Shown: positions 1 through 10,306 of the stretch, piece after piece
How the letters are laid out: each line of letters starts with the position of its first letter
How positions within the stretch are numbered: the stretch's first letter is position 1
Source of the DNA: an uncultured bacterium
Lineage (GTDB): Bacteria; Chloroflexota; UBA5177; JANWHV01
Assembly (NCBI GenBank): GCA_963729625.1
Contig: CAVSOU010000008.1
Coordinates: 832,001-896,000 of the forward strand
Length of the DNA stretch: 64,000 nucleotides
Direction: 5' to 3'
Notes under the pieces: generated by a model
What the model saw: the letters and a program-made list of their open reading frames with translations, nothing else
The model's database searches: none
What the model was told of the DNA's origin: nothing
Made by a program: the position numbers and the translations under genes

Positions 1-28
1 CGACAATTGCCACATCATATTGCTGCAT
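1..28 (-). CDS. 5' end of probable FAD/NAD-dependent oxidoreductase (runs off window)
   Basis: ATG at 28 with AGGGAG RBS; reads MQQYDVAIV, the typical first strand before a GxGxxG Rossmann motif. Confidence 0.55.
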
Positions 29-190
29 AGTTCACTCCCTCCAGCATCTTGAGCTGGGCGACACGTCGGGATAGATACCTTCCCGAACCCAGCCGGATAC
101 ATCATGCTTCCTAGGATACCGTACGGCACCGTTCTCGCCGTTTGCCGTGCGAAAAGGCCGGCGTCTGTGGGGCTTGGTTCGCGGCGCCTA

Positions 191-556
191 TCATTCCGTC
201 ATGTCGGGCGTACGGCCCTCGCCGGTGCATGCATCGCAGGGGCACAGCGCGCGAAGCAGCTCGAACGCGTAGTAGCCACTGTCATGCCCATCGCCCCAGA
301 CCGGCTGCAGCGCGTAGCGTCCCACTTCATGGATATCGACGAGCGTGCTCTGCTCACGCGTGAAGAGTGTTTCGGCCCGCACGATCCCTGGCCGGCCCAT
401 TTCACCGCTACATACGGCGCACGGGCACAGTGGCCGAAGTGCGGAGAGCTCAAACAGACTGTCATGGCCATCCTGCCACACGATGTGCAACAGTCCCTGG
501 TCGGGATCGCAGACGATCTCGGCGGGGCGGACCGCCCCAGAATGCCCGGTGGCCAT
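191..556 (-). CDS. DUF971 / GBBH-like N-terminal domain protein
   Basis: LRPLCPCAVC, VGRYALQPVWGDGHDSGYY motifs; GAAGGAG RBS before ATG 556. Confidence 0.9.
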   Translation of the reverse strand: MATGHSGAVRPAEIVCDPDQGLLHIVWQDGHDSLFELSALRPLCPCAVCSGEMGRPGIVRAETLFTREQSTLVDIHEVGRYALQPVWGDGHDSGYYAFELLRALCPCDACTGEGRTPDMTE

Positions 557-570
557 GGCACACTCCTTCA

Positions 571-1482
571 TCAGACAGTGATCTCATCCGTTCGGCGCCT
601 GCGCGCGAGCCAACGCTCCCGTAGCGGCATCGCGCCTCCCAACGGGGCGAATCCTTCGCCCAGCACCGTAGATGCAACGGATACGACCAGAAACGCTTTC
701 GGGTCGATCGCCTGGACGAGGGAGCGTAGCATTGGCTCCTCAGATCGGTCAAGCACGCACAGCAGTACCGGCCGGTCCTGGCCGGTGAAGCCGCCCTTTG
801 CCTGAAGCACGGTTACACCCCGCTCCATGTCGTGGGTGATGTGCCTGCATATTTCCTCGGAGGCACTGGAGACTACCAGGGCGAGCCGCTCCCCTGACGT
901 GCCCTCCAGCGTCCAGTCAATCGCCTTTCCACTGACGTACAGCCCGACCAGACTGTAAAGCGCCAGCTGCGGGCTGAAGGCCAGACCGGTCAGGGCGATG
1001 ATGATGCCGTCGACGATCACCTGCAGGATGCCCACGCTCTCGCTCGTCAGGTTCTGCAACAGTCGGGCGATAATCGCCGTGCCGCCGGTGGACGCGCCGG
1101 CGCCGAAGATGAGCCCCATCCCGACACCGATGGTCACACCGCCGTAGAGCGAAGCGAGGAAGGCGTCGTGCGTGAGAGGTAGCTTGACGAGGTGCGCAAT
1201 CGGGTCGACGGTTGCCGAGAACACGGCGACGGAGACGAGCGTGCGGACAGTGAAGCGCAGGCCGCCGAGGAAGACGTATCCGGCGATCAGGAGCGGCACG
1301 TTCAGGAGGAACACGACCGGGCCCGTCGGCACGCCCCACTTATAGTGGGCGATAATCGCCAGCCCGCTCACGCCCCCTGAGGACAGCATCGCGGGAATAA
1401 GAAACAGGGCAAAGCCTGCGCTGAACAGCAGCGTTGCTGCGACCAACACCGTGTAGTCGCGGATCAGTGCGCGTACAGCCAT
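571..1482 (-). CDS. YitT family membrane protein
   Basis: GGVSGLA, GASTGGT, RGVTVL..GGFTG, IDPKAF...VLGEGF motifs; start re-chosen at MAVRAL after AAGGA. Confidence 0.92.
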   Translation of the reverse strand: MAVRALIRDYTVLVAATLLFSAGFALFLIPAMLSSGGVSGLAIIAHYKWGVPTGPVVFLLNVPLLIAGYVFLGGLRFTVRTLVSVAVFSATVDPIAHLVKLPLTHDAFLASLYGGVTIGVGMGLIFGAGASTGGTAIIARLLQNLTSESVGILQVIVDGIIIALTGLAFSPQLALYSLVGLYVSGKAIDWTLEGTSGERLALVVSSASEEICRHITHDMERGVTVLQAKGGFTGQDRPVLLCVLDRSEEPMLRSLVQAIDPKAFLVVSVASTVLGEGFAPLGGAMPLRERWLARRRRTDEITV

Positions 1483-1849
1483 AAGCGTCCATTCCTTATT
1501 GAGGGCAGGCGCACCGCAACCAGAGACCACCGATCTGCACACCCCTAGATAGTTTAGGAGGCTTGGGGCCCAAATTGGGGTACGTTGGTGTATCCTCGAT
1601 CTCCAATTGCCTGTTTCGCGGATGACTCTCCCATCCGCGCACCGATACTACTGGTCGATTAGCTCGCAATCACAGACCGAGAACTGTGCGAAACTCTCAC
1701 CCGAGCCCGGGCTCGCCTCGAGGAGCGTTGCCAACTGCGCTCGATCCGAACATAGCTGCCCAATAGCGGGCAAGCAGAGACCGATCTGCTCCGGTAGCAG
1801 AAGGCTCCGGGTAGTCGTGACAATCGGGACTGCCGGGGGAGAGCAACCA

Positions 1850-2063
1850 GACGACTCTTGGCCGTTCGTTGCCCCGGGCGTCCCGTGACGATACAATCGC
1901 CTGTGCGGGCATTTGCATGGCAGGAGCACTTGCGGCGACGACTCCTATGTTCATAGACTACCATGTGGATTCCATCAGCAGCCCGCGGCCGCAACTGGTG
2001 ATACAGCGGCGAGTTCGTATGGTGAGCGCGGGGCGTGTCGTGGTGGCCGCTGGGGGGCGGTAA
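1850..2063 (+). pseudogene. Possible degenerate 3' remnant of an OppC/DppC-type ABC permease
   Basis: WPFVAPG in one frame, then FIDYHVDSISSPR in another, resembling the OppC C-terminus WWFVPPG...INYGIDEISNPR; its TAA overlaps the oppD ATG (TAATG). Confidence 0.4.
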
Positions 2064-3085
2064 TGATCGAAACGCAGACGAAGCAGCCCGGTTCAATGTC
2101 CCCGTCCGGCTGGGACGGTCGGGACCTGTTGGAGGTGCGCAACCTCACCGTAGACTTCTATACGCCGCGCGGAGCTGCTCGTGCCGTCGACAACGTCTCA
2201 TTCAGCATCTCCCCTGGCGAGGTCTTTGGGCTGGCGGGCGAATCGGGCTGTGGCAAGAGCACGGCCGCGCACGCGATTATGCGGCTGATCAAGAGCCCAG
2301 GACAGATTAACGGTGGCGATATCCACTTTAAGGGCCGCGATGTCATGTCCTTGAGCACCGAGGAGCTGCGGAAATATCGCTGGAGTGACGTTTCCATCGT
2401 CTTCCAAAGCGCCATGAACGCGCTCAACCCAGTCATGTCGCTTGGCGACCAACTTGCCGACGCGATTCGCGCGCACGAGCCGGTCAACAAGAAAGACGCC
2501 ATGGAGCGAGCCGCCCAATTGTTCGACCTTGTCGGAATCGCCAGCACCCGATTGAAGAGCTTCCCCCACGAGTTGTCCGGTGGCATGCGCCAGCGTTCCG
2601 TCATAGCCATGGCGCTCGCGCTCAAACCGGCGCTTGTGATCATGGACGAGCCCACGACTGCCCTCGACGTCGTCGTGCAACGCGATATCTTGCAGCAGAT
2701 TGAAGACCTGCAGGCCAAGCTAGGTTTCTCGATTCTGTTTATCACGCACGATCTCTCGCTGCTCGTGGAGTTTTCCACTCGGCTCGCGATCATGTATGCC
2801 GCCCATATCGTCGAGCTTGCTCCTGCGGCGGAGCTGTTCTCCAACCCATTACATCCATACACGCTGGGACTGATGAACTCGTTCCCTTCGATTCGGGGAG
2901 AGAAGAAGCACTTGCAGGGCATCCCCGGTACGCTGCCCGATCTTGTGAACACACCGCCAGGCTGTCGGTTCGCGCCGCGATGCCCTCGTGTGATGGGTCG
3001 CTGTACTACAGTCGATCCAGTGCTGCGTGAGGTCTCCCCGGGACACTGGGTGGCCTGTTACCTCTATGATGAAGCGAGGAGCTGA
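2063..3085 (+). CDS. oppD: Oligopeptide/dipeptide ABC transporter ATP-binding protein
   Basis: GESGCGKS, LSGGMRQR, DEPTTALD, HPYT, C-terminal GCRFAPRC...VAC. Confidence 0.93.
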   Translation: MIETQTKQPGSMSPSGWDGRDLLEVRNLTVDFYTPRGAARAVDNVSFSISPGEVFGLAGESGCGKSTAAHAIMRLIKSPGQINGGDIHFKGRDVMSLSTEELRKYRWSDVSIVFQSAMNALNPVMSLGDQLADAIRAHEPVNKKDAMERAAQLFDLVGIASTRLKSFPHELSGGMRQRSVIAMALALKPALVIMDEPTTALDVVVQRDILQQIEDLQAKLGFSILFITHDLSLLVEFSTRLAIMYAAHIVELAPAAELFSNPLHPYTLGLMNSFPSIRGEKKHLQGIPGTLPDLVNTPPGCRFAPRCPRVMGRCTTVDPVLREVSPGHWVACYLYDEARS

Positions 3086-3089
3086 GACG

Positions 3090-4112
3090 ATGCAGGCGCG
3101 CGCGAGCGAAGTCGTAATGGATGTCCGCAAGCTGTGCAAGTGGTTCCCCATCGGAACCAGTCTGCCGTTTGGCATCGGAGGCGGCCAGAAACAGATCCAC
3201 GCCGTCGACGACGTGAGCTTCACGCTGCAACGCGGTCAGATCATTGCTCTTGTAGGTGAAAGCGGCAGCGGAAAGAGCACTATTGCCCGGGTGCTTGTGG
3301 GCTTGTATCCCGCGACTTCGGGGGAAGTGCTATTCCACGGGCAGAACATCACGAAGCTGCATGGCCGGCGCGCCTTGCTGAACTATCGCGGTCGCGTGCA
3401 AATGGTGTTCCAGGACCCATTCGGCTCGTTGAATCCGGTCAAGACCATCGCGCACCACATTCAGCGACCGCTCAGCATTCACAAACGGCAGAGTGGGCGG
3501 AATAAGACCGGTAACACGGTGATCGAGCTGTTGCGCGCGGTTGGGCTGACGCCGCCGGAAGAAGTGGCGAAGAAGTATCCTCATCAGCTTTCAGGCGGCC
3601 AGCGGCAGCGTGTGTCGTTCGCGCGCGCACTTGCCGTGAACCCGGAGGTCATTCTGGCCGACGAGCCAATCAGCATGCTCGACGTATCCATCCGCATGGG
3701 TATCCTCAACCTTATGGCAGGCCTGCGCACGGAGCGCGGACTGTCATACCTCTACATCACGCACGATATTGCCAGCGCCAGGTACATCGCGGACGACACG
3801 ATCGTGCTGTACGCCGGCCAATCGGTCGAGCAGGCCAGCAGCGAAGAACTGATCACCGAGCCGATGCACCCGTACACACAGCTCTTGCTCAGCGCCGTGC
3901 CTGATCCCGGTACGGGCCTGAGTAAGAAACGTATCGAGGCGCGTGGCGCGATTCCGACGGTCATCGATCCGAAGCCGGGATGCCGCTTCGCCAATCGATG
4001 CCCGCACGTCATGCCGGTATGCCGGTCGACGACACCGCAGTTCGTCGAAGTCAAGACGGCCCACCAGGTGCGTTGTCATTTGTATGGGACGACCAGCGCA
4101 GTCGGCTCCTAG
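3090..4112 (+). CDS. oppF: Oligopeptide/dipeptide ABC transporter ATP-binding protein
   Basis: GESGSGKS, FQDPFGSLNP, LSGGQRQR, DEPISMLD, GCRFANRC. Confidence 0.93.
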   Translation: MQARASEVVMDVRKLCKWFPIGTSLPFGIGGGQKQIHAVDDVSFTLQRGQIIALVGESGSGKSTIARVLVGLYPATSGEVLFHGQNITKLHGRRALLNYRGRVQMVFQDPFGSLNPVKTIAHHIQRPLSIHKRQSGRNKTGNTVIELLRAVGLTPPEEVAKKYPHQLSGGQRQRVSFARALAVNPEVILADEPISMLDVSIRMGILNLMAGLRTERGLSYLYITHDIASARYIADDTIVLYAGQSVEQASSEELITEPMHPYTQLLLSAVPDPGTGLSKKRIEARGAIPTVIDPKPGCRFANRCPHVMPVCRSTTPQFVEVKTAHQVRCHLYGTTSAVGS

Positions 4113-4275
4113 TCGGATTTCCCTGGCTCCTACCTGAAGCAGGGAGCAAGGCTCGTCCGTCACGGCCAGGGGCGGAGCGCGACCTCCCCAAGAACATCTG
4201 CATGAAGGACTGCAGCGCGTAGTGCGCATTGGGGACTTGCGGAACGGCCGGCAGGTTGTCAGACTGAGAGCCGGA

Positions 4276-5490
4276 ATGTCCGCAACAACATCGTCGCCTA
4301 ACGGATCCGCCGATCGTATTGTGCCTGCTCTGCCCACCGGGCTAGGCAGGTTAGGCCTCGCCATCATCGTGCCCTCGGCCTTGATCGATGTTTCGCTGCT
4401 TCGGGCGTGGAACAACGTCAACAACGGCTTCCACGATTCTGACTGGCTTGTGTACTATCACGCTGCCGAGCGGTCGCTTCACGGCAGCGATCCGTATCGT
4501 GTCGGCAGCGAGTTCTTCAATCCTCCCCCCTTTCTGCTGGCGGCGCGATTCGCGCTTTTGTTCGGCTACATGCCGTCCCGGATTCTCTGGTGCATCGCTT
4601 CGTTGCTCATGCTGCTGGCAGCCGGGCGCCTCATGTGCGGCGCGTTGCAGTTGCGGCTCAACGCTACCATTGTGCTCCAGGGCACGGCGCTCATTGCTCT
4701 GTCGACGCCGACGATCCTGCTCATCCCGACATCAGGTAACTCGACCGCGCCCGTCGTGCTGGGTTACGCACTGGCAATCTGGTGTTTCTGCCGCGGCTTG
4801 GACGCCGCCGGCGGTTGCGCCTTGTGCGTTGCCGTGTTGGTCAAGCCCCAGCTTGCGTTCCTGACCCTGCCCCTGCTCCTGTACAAGCGGCGCTGGAAAG
4901 CTTCGGCGGCCTTTGTCGGTTTGGGCTGCGCCGCAATGCTGGGCTCGGTGATCGTACTGGGCACCGACACCGTGCACGGATTCTTCAGAACTCTAGGCAG
5001 CACCGAAAGTGGCGCCGGCTCGGTGAGTATCTGGGTGCGGGATATCCCGGGTCTCCACGCCATGTTCCTTCAGGCATGGCCCGGAAGCGCCGCCGCGGGA
5101 GGAGTCGCGTATCTTCTGAGCGGCTTGCTGATTGTCGCGCTTGCGCGCTACTGGCAAGGCGACTGGCTGCCGTCGAGTCCCCAATTCGCATGCGGATGGG
5201 CCGCGCTGATCCTGGTCGATCTCCTGGCGGTGCCATACGCGCACACTGACGATCTGGTCCTGCTGCTCGTGCCGATCGCGGTCCTGTGCAGCTTTGTGTC
5301 GCGGCCGACCGGCCGTGATGAGCTGGACCGCTGGGTACTGCCCGCTATTGTGGCGCTCTACGTCGCGCCGACGCTGGTAGTCTACATCCGGCTCCATTTC
5401 CCGGCGATAGCGATGCTGTCTGTGCTCGTGCTGTTGTTGAAGCTGGCTCCTCCTTTCCACGCGACTGGCCAGTCCGGTAACGAGAGATGA
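4276..5490 (+). CDS. Glycosyltransferase family 87 (DUF2029) polytopic membrane protein
   Basis: DWLVYY...DPY...FFNPPPF, VKPQL, PYAHTDD motifs; many TM segments. Confidence 0.8.
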   Translation: MSATTSSPNGSADRIVPALPTGLGRLGLAIIVPSALIDVSLLRAWNNVNNGFHDSDWLVYYHAAERSLHGSDPYRVGSEFFNPPPFLLAARFALLFGYMPSRILWCIASLLMLLAAGRLMCGALQLRLNATIVLQGTALIALSTPTILLIPTSGNSTAPVVLGYALAIWCFCRGLDAAGGCALCVAVLVKPQLAFLTLPLLLYKRRWKASAAFVGLGCAAMLGSVIVLGTDTVHGFFRTLGSTESGAGSVSIWVRDIPGLHAMFLQAWPGSAAAGGVAYLLSGLLIVALARYWQGDWLPSSPQFACGWAALILVDLLAVPYAHTDDLVLLLVPIAVLCSFVSRPTGRDELDRWVLPAIVALYVAPTLVVYIRLHFPAIAMLSVLVLLLKLAPPFHATGQSGNER

Positions 5491-5629
5491 TCTGCCCACG
5501 CGCGTGCCGGACAGCGACATGGAGGACGACAAACGGACTCGTATACCGGCACGATGCGAACATCGGCTCGATCGGCGGTCGGCAGCGTCATGTCGTCTGG
5601 ATCGCTCGTCAGTATCACGACAGCAGCCG

Positions 5630-7594
5630 TTAGGTGCCAAAGCGCGCGCGGCTGGCAGCCATCCGTTCTTCGAGCGCGTCTAGCCCGCGCTCGATTCCCG
5701 CGAGACGCTCCAGTTCCGGCGCCTGCTCGCCTTCGAGGCGGCGTCTAGCCTCGAGGGCCGCGTCGATGCTATCGCGCACGTTGGCAATCATCACATCGAT
5801 ACCTCGGGCAATCGAGGTTGAGAAGGCATCGAACGACTTGTGCACTTCCTGCAGCATGTTCGGAAGGGCCTTGGCCGGGAGCTTGTGCAACTCGGCCCGA
5901 GCCGTCTCGGCTATCTTCTCCTTCATGTTCCGTTCCATGGTGTTGCGGCGATTGATGATGCCGATGGTCACGGCACTGGCGACAGTTCCCACCACGAAGA
6001 GGGGGCTGGTGGCCCAGCCGATGGCGGCCAGCAGCACGGTTGCCGCAATCTGCAGCGCGATGACGCGAAGCGCGCTCTGCAGCCAACCGCTGCCGCCCTT
6101 CAACACGACGCCGAAGTCGCCCAGCATGCCGCCACCGTAGGCCAGGATGGTCTCCAGCACCCGCTTCGAATCACCTTCGACCTCGTCGATCTCCGGCAGA
6201 ACTCCGCCGGCAACCTGGATGCGAATGCGCTTCAAGGTGGCATCGATGGTCGCGGCGTCTTCGCCGATGTCCTGAGTCAGTTGTGTCAGCCGCTCCTCTA
6301 TGTCCTGGCCGGTCTGATCCGACCAGGTCTGCAGCTCGCGCTCGATGTACTTGTTGATTCCCTCGGCCATCTCTTTGCGGAGGCGCTGGGGATTCCACTG
6401 CGGGGAGACCTTGAGGGCCATTGCCGCTTCCAGCATGCCGTCTTCCATGGTGGCGACGCGCTGGCGGAAGCTCAGCTCGACAGACTTCTGCACGAGCTGC
6501 TCGCCCGACTCGATTGTGCGAAGAATCCGCCTTCGATGCTCCTGCAGCTGGTCGAATTTCGGCTGCACCTCTTTGACGCGATTCTCGAGCGTGGCCAGGT
6601 CGATTTCCATGGTGGAGCGACGGAAGGACAGTGCCTCGCGCGCGTCTCCGACGGCCTGGGAAGCCTGGGCCAGCGGGCGTTCCAGCGCGACTCGACCGCG
6701 TTCGCGAGCGAGGAAGCGCTCGAGCGACCCTTCGAGAGCCGGCAGCCGCGATTGGTCGAGCGCCTGTGTGTCTCCGGCCAGCCGGGCACGGAGCGCTGGC
6801 TTGGCACTCACGAAGTAGATTCGTTCGCGGCCGTAGTCACGACCATTGACGCGAGTGAGAGGGCCGAGGCGCTGCTCGGCCAGCGCGGTCAGATCCCGCG
6901 CCTCGCGGGCCGGGTCGTCCGCGTCGTCGAGCACGCGGTCGTATTGGTTGATCGCGAAGAAGATATGCGTCAGGCCCTTGCCCAGGATATGCGTGTTGAG
7001 GTATTCGAGCTCGGTCAGGCTGGCGAAGTTCGTGGCGGACAGCACGAAGATCGCCGCGTCCGACTGGCGGACGTAGCCGCTGGTGATCTCCGTGCGTATC
7101 GCCGATTCGTTGAGACCGGGTGAGTCGACGATCTCAACGTTGTTCTCGCACAGCGGCGCCGGGTAGTGGACTTCGACCATCTTATACGTCGCCTGCCGCC
7201 GGTGGTTTTCCTCTTCGTCGGTTGAGAGGCTAAGGGTCTGCGCTAGCTGTTCCACGCTTACTTGCTGAGGCTCGCCGCGGAAGGGGATCAACTCGATAGT
7301 GATTTCGGGACCGTACTTGATCAGTGTGAGCAATGCTGTCGTCGGCGTTACGTTGGCCGGAAGGAGGTTCGCACCCAGGAGCGCATTGATCAGGGTAGAC
7401 TTTCCACGCTTGAATTCACCCAGCACCAGCACCCGGAAGACGCCTGCCTGTACGCGGTCGGCGAGTTCCTGCAGCTGGAGGGCGCCGTCCTCCATGCCCA
7501 GACCACGATTGAGCGTGGCCAGTTCTCGCAGCTCCGAGACAACCTCGCTTCTGACTGCCGCAAAGTCCCGGTAGCCTTCAACCTGTCCGGTCAT
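5630..7594 (-). CDS. Bacterial dynamin-like GTPase (DLP 1)
   Basis: G1 GEFKRGKS, G2 PTT, G3 DSPG, G4 NQYD; long helical stalk; hydrophobic paddle VIALQIAATVLLAAIGW...TIGII. Confidence 0.93.
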   Translation of the reverse strand: MTGQVEGYRDFAAVRSEVVSELRELATLNRGLGMEDGALQLQELADRVQAGVFRVLVLGEFKRGKSTLINALLGANLLPANVTPTTALLTLIKYGPEITIELIPFRGEPQQVSVEQLAQTLSLSTDEEENHRRQATYKMVEVHYPAPLCENNVEIVDSPGLNESAIRTEITSGYVRQSDAAIFVLSATNFASLTELEYLNTHILGKGLTHIFFAINQYDRVLDDADDPAREARDLTALAEQRLGPLTRVNGRDYGRERIYFVSAKPALRARLAGDTQALDQSRLPALEGSLERFLARERGRVALERPLAQASQAVGDAREALSFRRSTMEIDLATLENRVKEVQPKFDQLQEHRRRILRTIESGEQLVQKSVELSFRQRVATMEDGMLEAAMALKVSPQWNPQRLRKEMAEGINKYIERELQTWSDQTGQDIEERLTQLTQDIGEDAATIDATLKRIRIQVAGGVLPEIDEVEGDSKRVLETILAYGGGMLGDFGVVLKGGSGWLQSALRVIALQIAATVLLAAIGWATSPLFVVGTVASAVTIGIINRRNTMERNMKEKIAETARAELHKLPAKALPNMLQEVHKSFDAFSTSIARGIDVMIANVRDSIDAALEARRRLEGEQAPELERLAGIERGLDALEERMAASRARFGT

Positions 7595-7706
7595 TCTCGT
7601 CCTCTCATCGGCGTACGATTCGCCGTTCCTCTGTGTTCGTCATTGATGGAATATTCTGACTGATGCGTACTGCTATTGTTGCACGGGCCTACCACGGCCA
7701 GATGAG

Positions 7707-9350
7707 CTATGGCACACTCCCACCATGCCCGCGCGCAAGATCGGCCAATGCGTTGAGCAACCCCGCGACACGGGCCCGCGATTCCTGGCGCGACGAGTCG
7801 TCCAGCACGATCTCGGTCTGTCGTTTCTGCTCGGGAATGCCGGCGCGGATGCCTTGCGCGAGCTCCGCGCAGGACGCACCGACCTGACCTTCCAGGGCCT
7901 GGCCAGCCTCTATGGTCGCGGCCATGGCGGCCTGCACCAGCGCGGACTTTGTGTTCTGATCATGCATCCCACGAGTGAGCATGCGAAGGATTGGGCCGAT
8001 AGTCATCATGGCGCCTGCAATGACCGGCTTCATGGTCAGCCCGATGACGGTCATGAATGTGGTGAGCAATATGCTGTCTTCGAGGAAGTCGGGCTCGACA
8101 TAGGGATGGAGGCCCGGAGCAGGCGCGCCTGTCGCGAGGCGTTCGGCCTTCCAGTCGGCCACTCCCGCCTCCTGGATGACAGCCTGCATCTTCGCGCGCA
8201 CCTGCACGTCGTGCTCTCGCAGAAACGCGGCGAACTCCTCCTGAATGTAAAACGGAAGGAAGCGGCGGATGTCGCTTATCGCCGCTTCTCCGGTTTCGTC
8301 CTGGAGGCGGTCGCGCAGCGCCAGAGTGAAGGCCTGCAGCTGCAGCTTGAAGTCATTGCATATGGCCTCCACGGCGCGGCACGCGCCTTCCGCCTGCGCG
8401 CGGCGGTCCGTGCCGGCAATGTCCCCGGGCTCGGTCACGGCAGGGATGGGCTCGGAGAGCCTGGCATGGAGCGCGCGCGCGAGGTCCGCTGCCCTCCGCG
8501 CGACAATCGCGCGCAGCACGCCGGCCCTTGTCGCAACGCACTCGCTCAGAAGCGCGCGCAATTCGGGGTAGCCGGACCGGGCCAGCGCACGGTCGTCTCC
8601 GCGCTCTCGAGCGCGCAACGCTCGGCGCGCGGCGTACGGAAGCACATCGGGCGCCTTGCCGAGCGCCGACTCGAACAAGCGCACCACACGATCTCGAACG
8701 TCTGTCCGCTGCTCCTCGTCGTCGAGCGCGTCGTCGCGGTTCAACACAACCACGAGCCGATGCAGGCCCGCCTGCGTTATCCGCCGCTCGAGTAACTGTT
8801 GTTCGCTGGCGCCGAGGGCCTGCGTGCTGTCGAGCACCAGCAGCGCCAGATCGCTCTGCGGCAGGAGCCCGTAGACAGTTTGTGCCAGTCGCGCGGTGTC
8901 CGGATCGTTGAGTCCTGGAGTGTCCACGACGGTGAGCCCGTGGACGTCGTCGCGTGGGATTGCGACGCGCGCGTGACTCACGCTTTCAGCATCGTCGGCA
9001 GTGAGGGCGAGCAGGTCCGATCGCGCGCATTCGATGCTGTTGCCGTCCGCGTATACGAGCTGCACGTGCTCTCTCGCCCCGCTGTACACGTACACGGGGG
9101 GCAACGTCGGCGCGCCCTGGCCCATTGGCAGCCAGGCCTCGCCGATCAGGCTGTTAACCAGCGTTGATTTACCGCGATTGTGTTCACCGATGACTGCGAC
9201 CAGCAGCCGGCGCGAGCGAAGGCGCTCGTCCAGCGCGGCGAGACCGCTGGCAACATCAGTCGCGGAGGCGGCAGTGGCTTCATCGCGCAGCTTGCTCAGG
9301 ATGGCGCGCAGTGCCAGCTCCGAGGTCTGCTGCGAGACTGCGACACTCAC
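7707..9350 (-). CDS. Bacterial dynamin-like GTPase (DLP 2)
   Basis: G1 GEHNRGKS, G3 DTPG, G4 NRDD; hydrophobic paddle ILLTTFMTVIGL...TIGPIL; GTG 9350 overlaps upstream TGA (GTGA). Confidence 0.9.
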   Translation of the reverse strand: MSVAVSQQTSELALRAILSKLRDEATAASATDVASGLAALDERLRSRRLLVAVIGEHNRGKSTLVNSLIGEAWLPMGQGAPTLPPVYVYSGAREHVQLVYADGNSIECARSDLLALTADDAESVSHARVAIPRDDVHGLTVVDTPGLNDPDTARLAQTVYGLLPQSDLALLVLDSTQALGASEQQLLERRITQAGLHRLVVVLNRDDALDDEEQRTDVRDRVVRLFESALGKAPDVLPYAARRALRARERGDDRALARSGYPELRALLSECVATRAGVLRAIVARRAADLARALHARLSEPIPAVTEPGDIAGTDRRAQAEGACRAVEAICNDFKLQLQAFTLALRDRLQDETGEAAISDIRRFLPFYIQEEFAAFLREHDVQVRAKMQAVIQEAGVADWKAERLATGAPAPGLHPYVEPDFLEDSILLTTFMTVIGLTMKPVIAGAMMTIGPILRMLTRGMHDQNTKSALVQAAMAATIEAGQALEGQVGASCAELAQGIRAGIPEQKRQTEIVLDDSSRQESRARVAGLLNALADLARGHGGSVP

Positions 9351-10273
9351 AGTACTTTCACCAGCTGTTCCGTCTCGCGCTCGAGATCGGTTCGCTGCAG
9401 CAGGTTGAGGTCGTCGGCAGGTCGCGGCAATCCGCTGCAAGCGTAGAACAGGTCCGATCGCGCGAACATTCGCAACAACTTGATGCGCTTTACCACCAGC
9501 GGATGCGAGTAAGTCAGCTCCTGGCCTCGGACGAAGAATCCGGATTTGCGGAGATCGTCTCCCTGGGCAAGGTACGCGTCCACGTCGATGTCCTTGGCCA
9601 GGGAAGCAAAACCGAGACGCAGCTTGATCAGCGCCCGGCAACCGACCTCGGTGTCCTGGGCGCAGATCGCGCCTGCGCGGTCGGCCGTGACCTCCGCCCT
9701 ACGCTGCCAGGTGGCCAGCGGCACTTTCGTGGCAAGCATTGGGAACTTGTACGCATCCGGATTGTGCCAGAACTTGTTGAACAACTGGTAGTGCAGGAGG
9801 TACGCGAGGGTGAGATACGTCACGTGCTGGTTGTGGATGTGCCCGCACTCATGCCCAAGCACAAAGCGCAGCTCTTCGGGCGACAGTTGGAGCGCCAGGA
9901 ACGACGTAACGTGGATGAAGGAGTGCTCATCCGTGCCGAACGTGAAAGCGTTGAGCTCCATGCCGCCGGTGCCTGGGCCGATCAGCAATCTGGGCACGGG
10001 GATGGACAGGCGGTCAGCGCAATCGGTGAGCAGCGAATAGATTTCCGGGAATTGACGCGGCGTAACCTGAACTGAGTCATGCAGGAACGTCCCGAACGCC
10101 ACACGCACGTAGGCGTTGATGATCGCGTCGACGCTACCTTGCAGGCCAGCGCGGCTGAGCAAACGCTGTACGGTGGAGTCAGTGGGATGCGCGTAGAGCA
10201 CGGGCTCTTCCGCATTCTTGCGATTCTCGTGTTCCTTGCGCGACTTGACAAAATCCGCGAAACTCGTAGCCAT
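9347..10273 (-). CDS. M48 family zinc metallopeptidase (soluble)
   Basis: LNAFTFG, ELRFVLGHECGH (HExxH), RRAEVTADRAG, YSHPLVVKRI; GGAGG RBS before ATG 10273. Confidence 0.92.
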   Translation of the reverse strand: MATSFADFVKSRKEHENRKNAEEPVLYAHPTDSTVQRLLSRAGLQGSVDAIINAYVRVAFGTFLHDSVQVTPRQFPEIYSLLTDCADRLSIPVPRLLIGPGTGGMELNAFTFGTDEHSFIHVTSFLALQLSPEELRFVLGHECGHIHNQHVTYLTLAYLLHYQLFNKFWHNPDAYKFPMLATKVPLATWQRRAEVTADRAGAICAQDTEVGCRALIKLRLGFASLAKDIDVDAYLAQGDDLRKSGFFVRGQELTYSHPLVVKRIKLLRMFARSDLFYACSGLPRPADDLNLLQRTDLERETEQLVKVL

Positions 10274-10300
10274 GGGCCGCCTCCTGGTAGCTGTACCAGA

Positions 10301-10306
10301 AGTATA
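10301..10306 (-). promoter_or_regulatory. Putative -10 element for the M48-dynamin operon
   Basis: TATACT on the minus strand ~28 nt upstream of the ATG; the same hexamer precedes several genes in the window. Confidence 0.45.
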
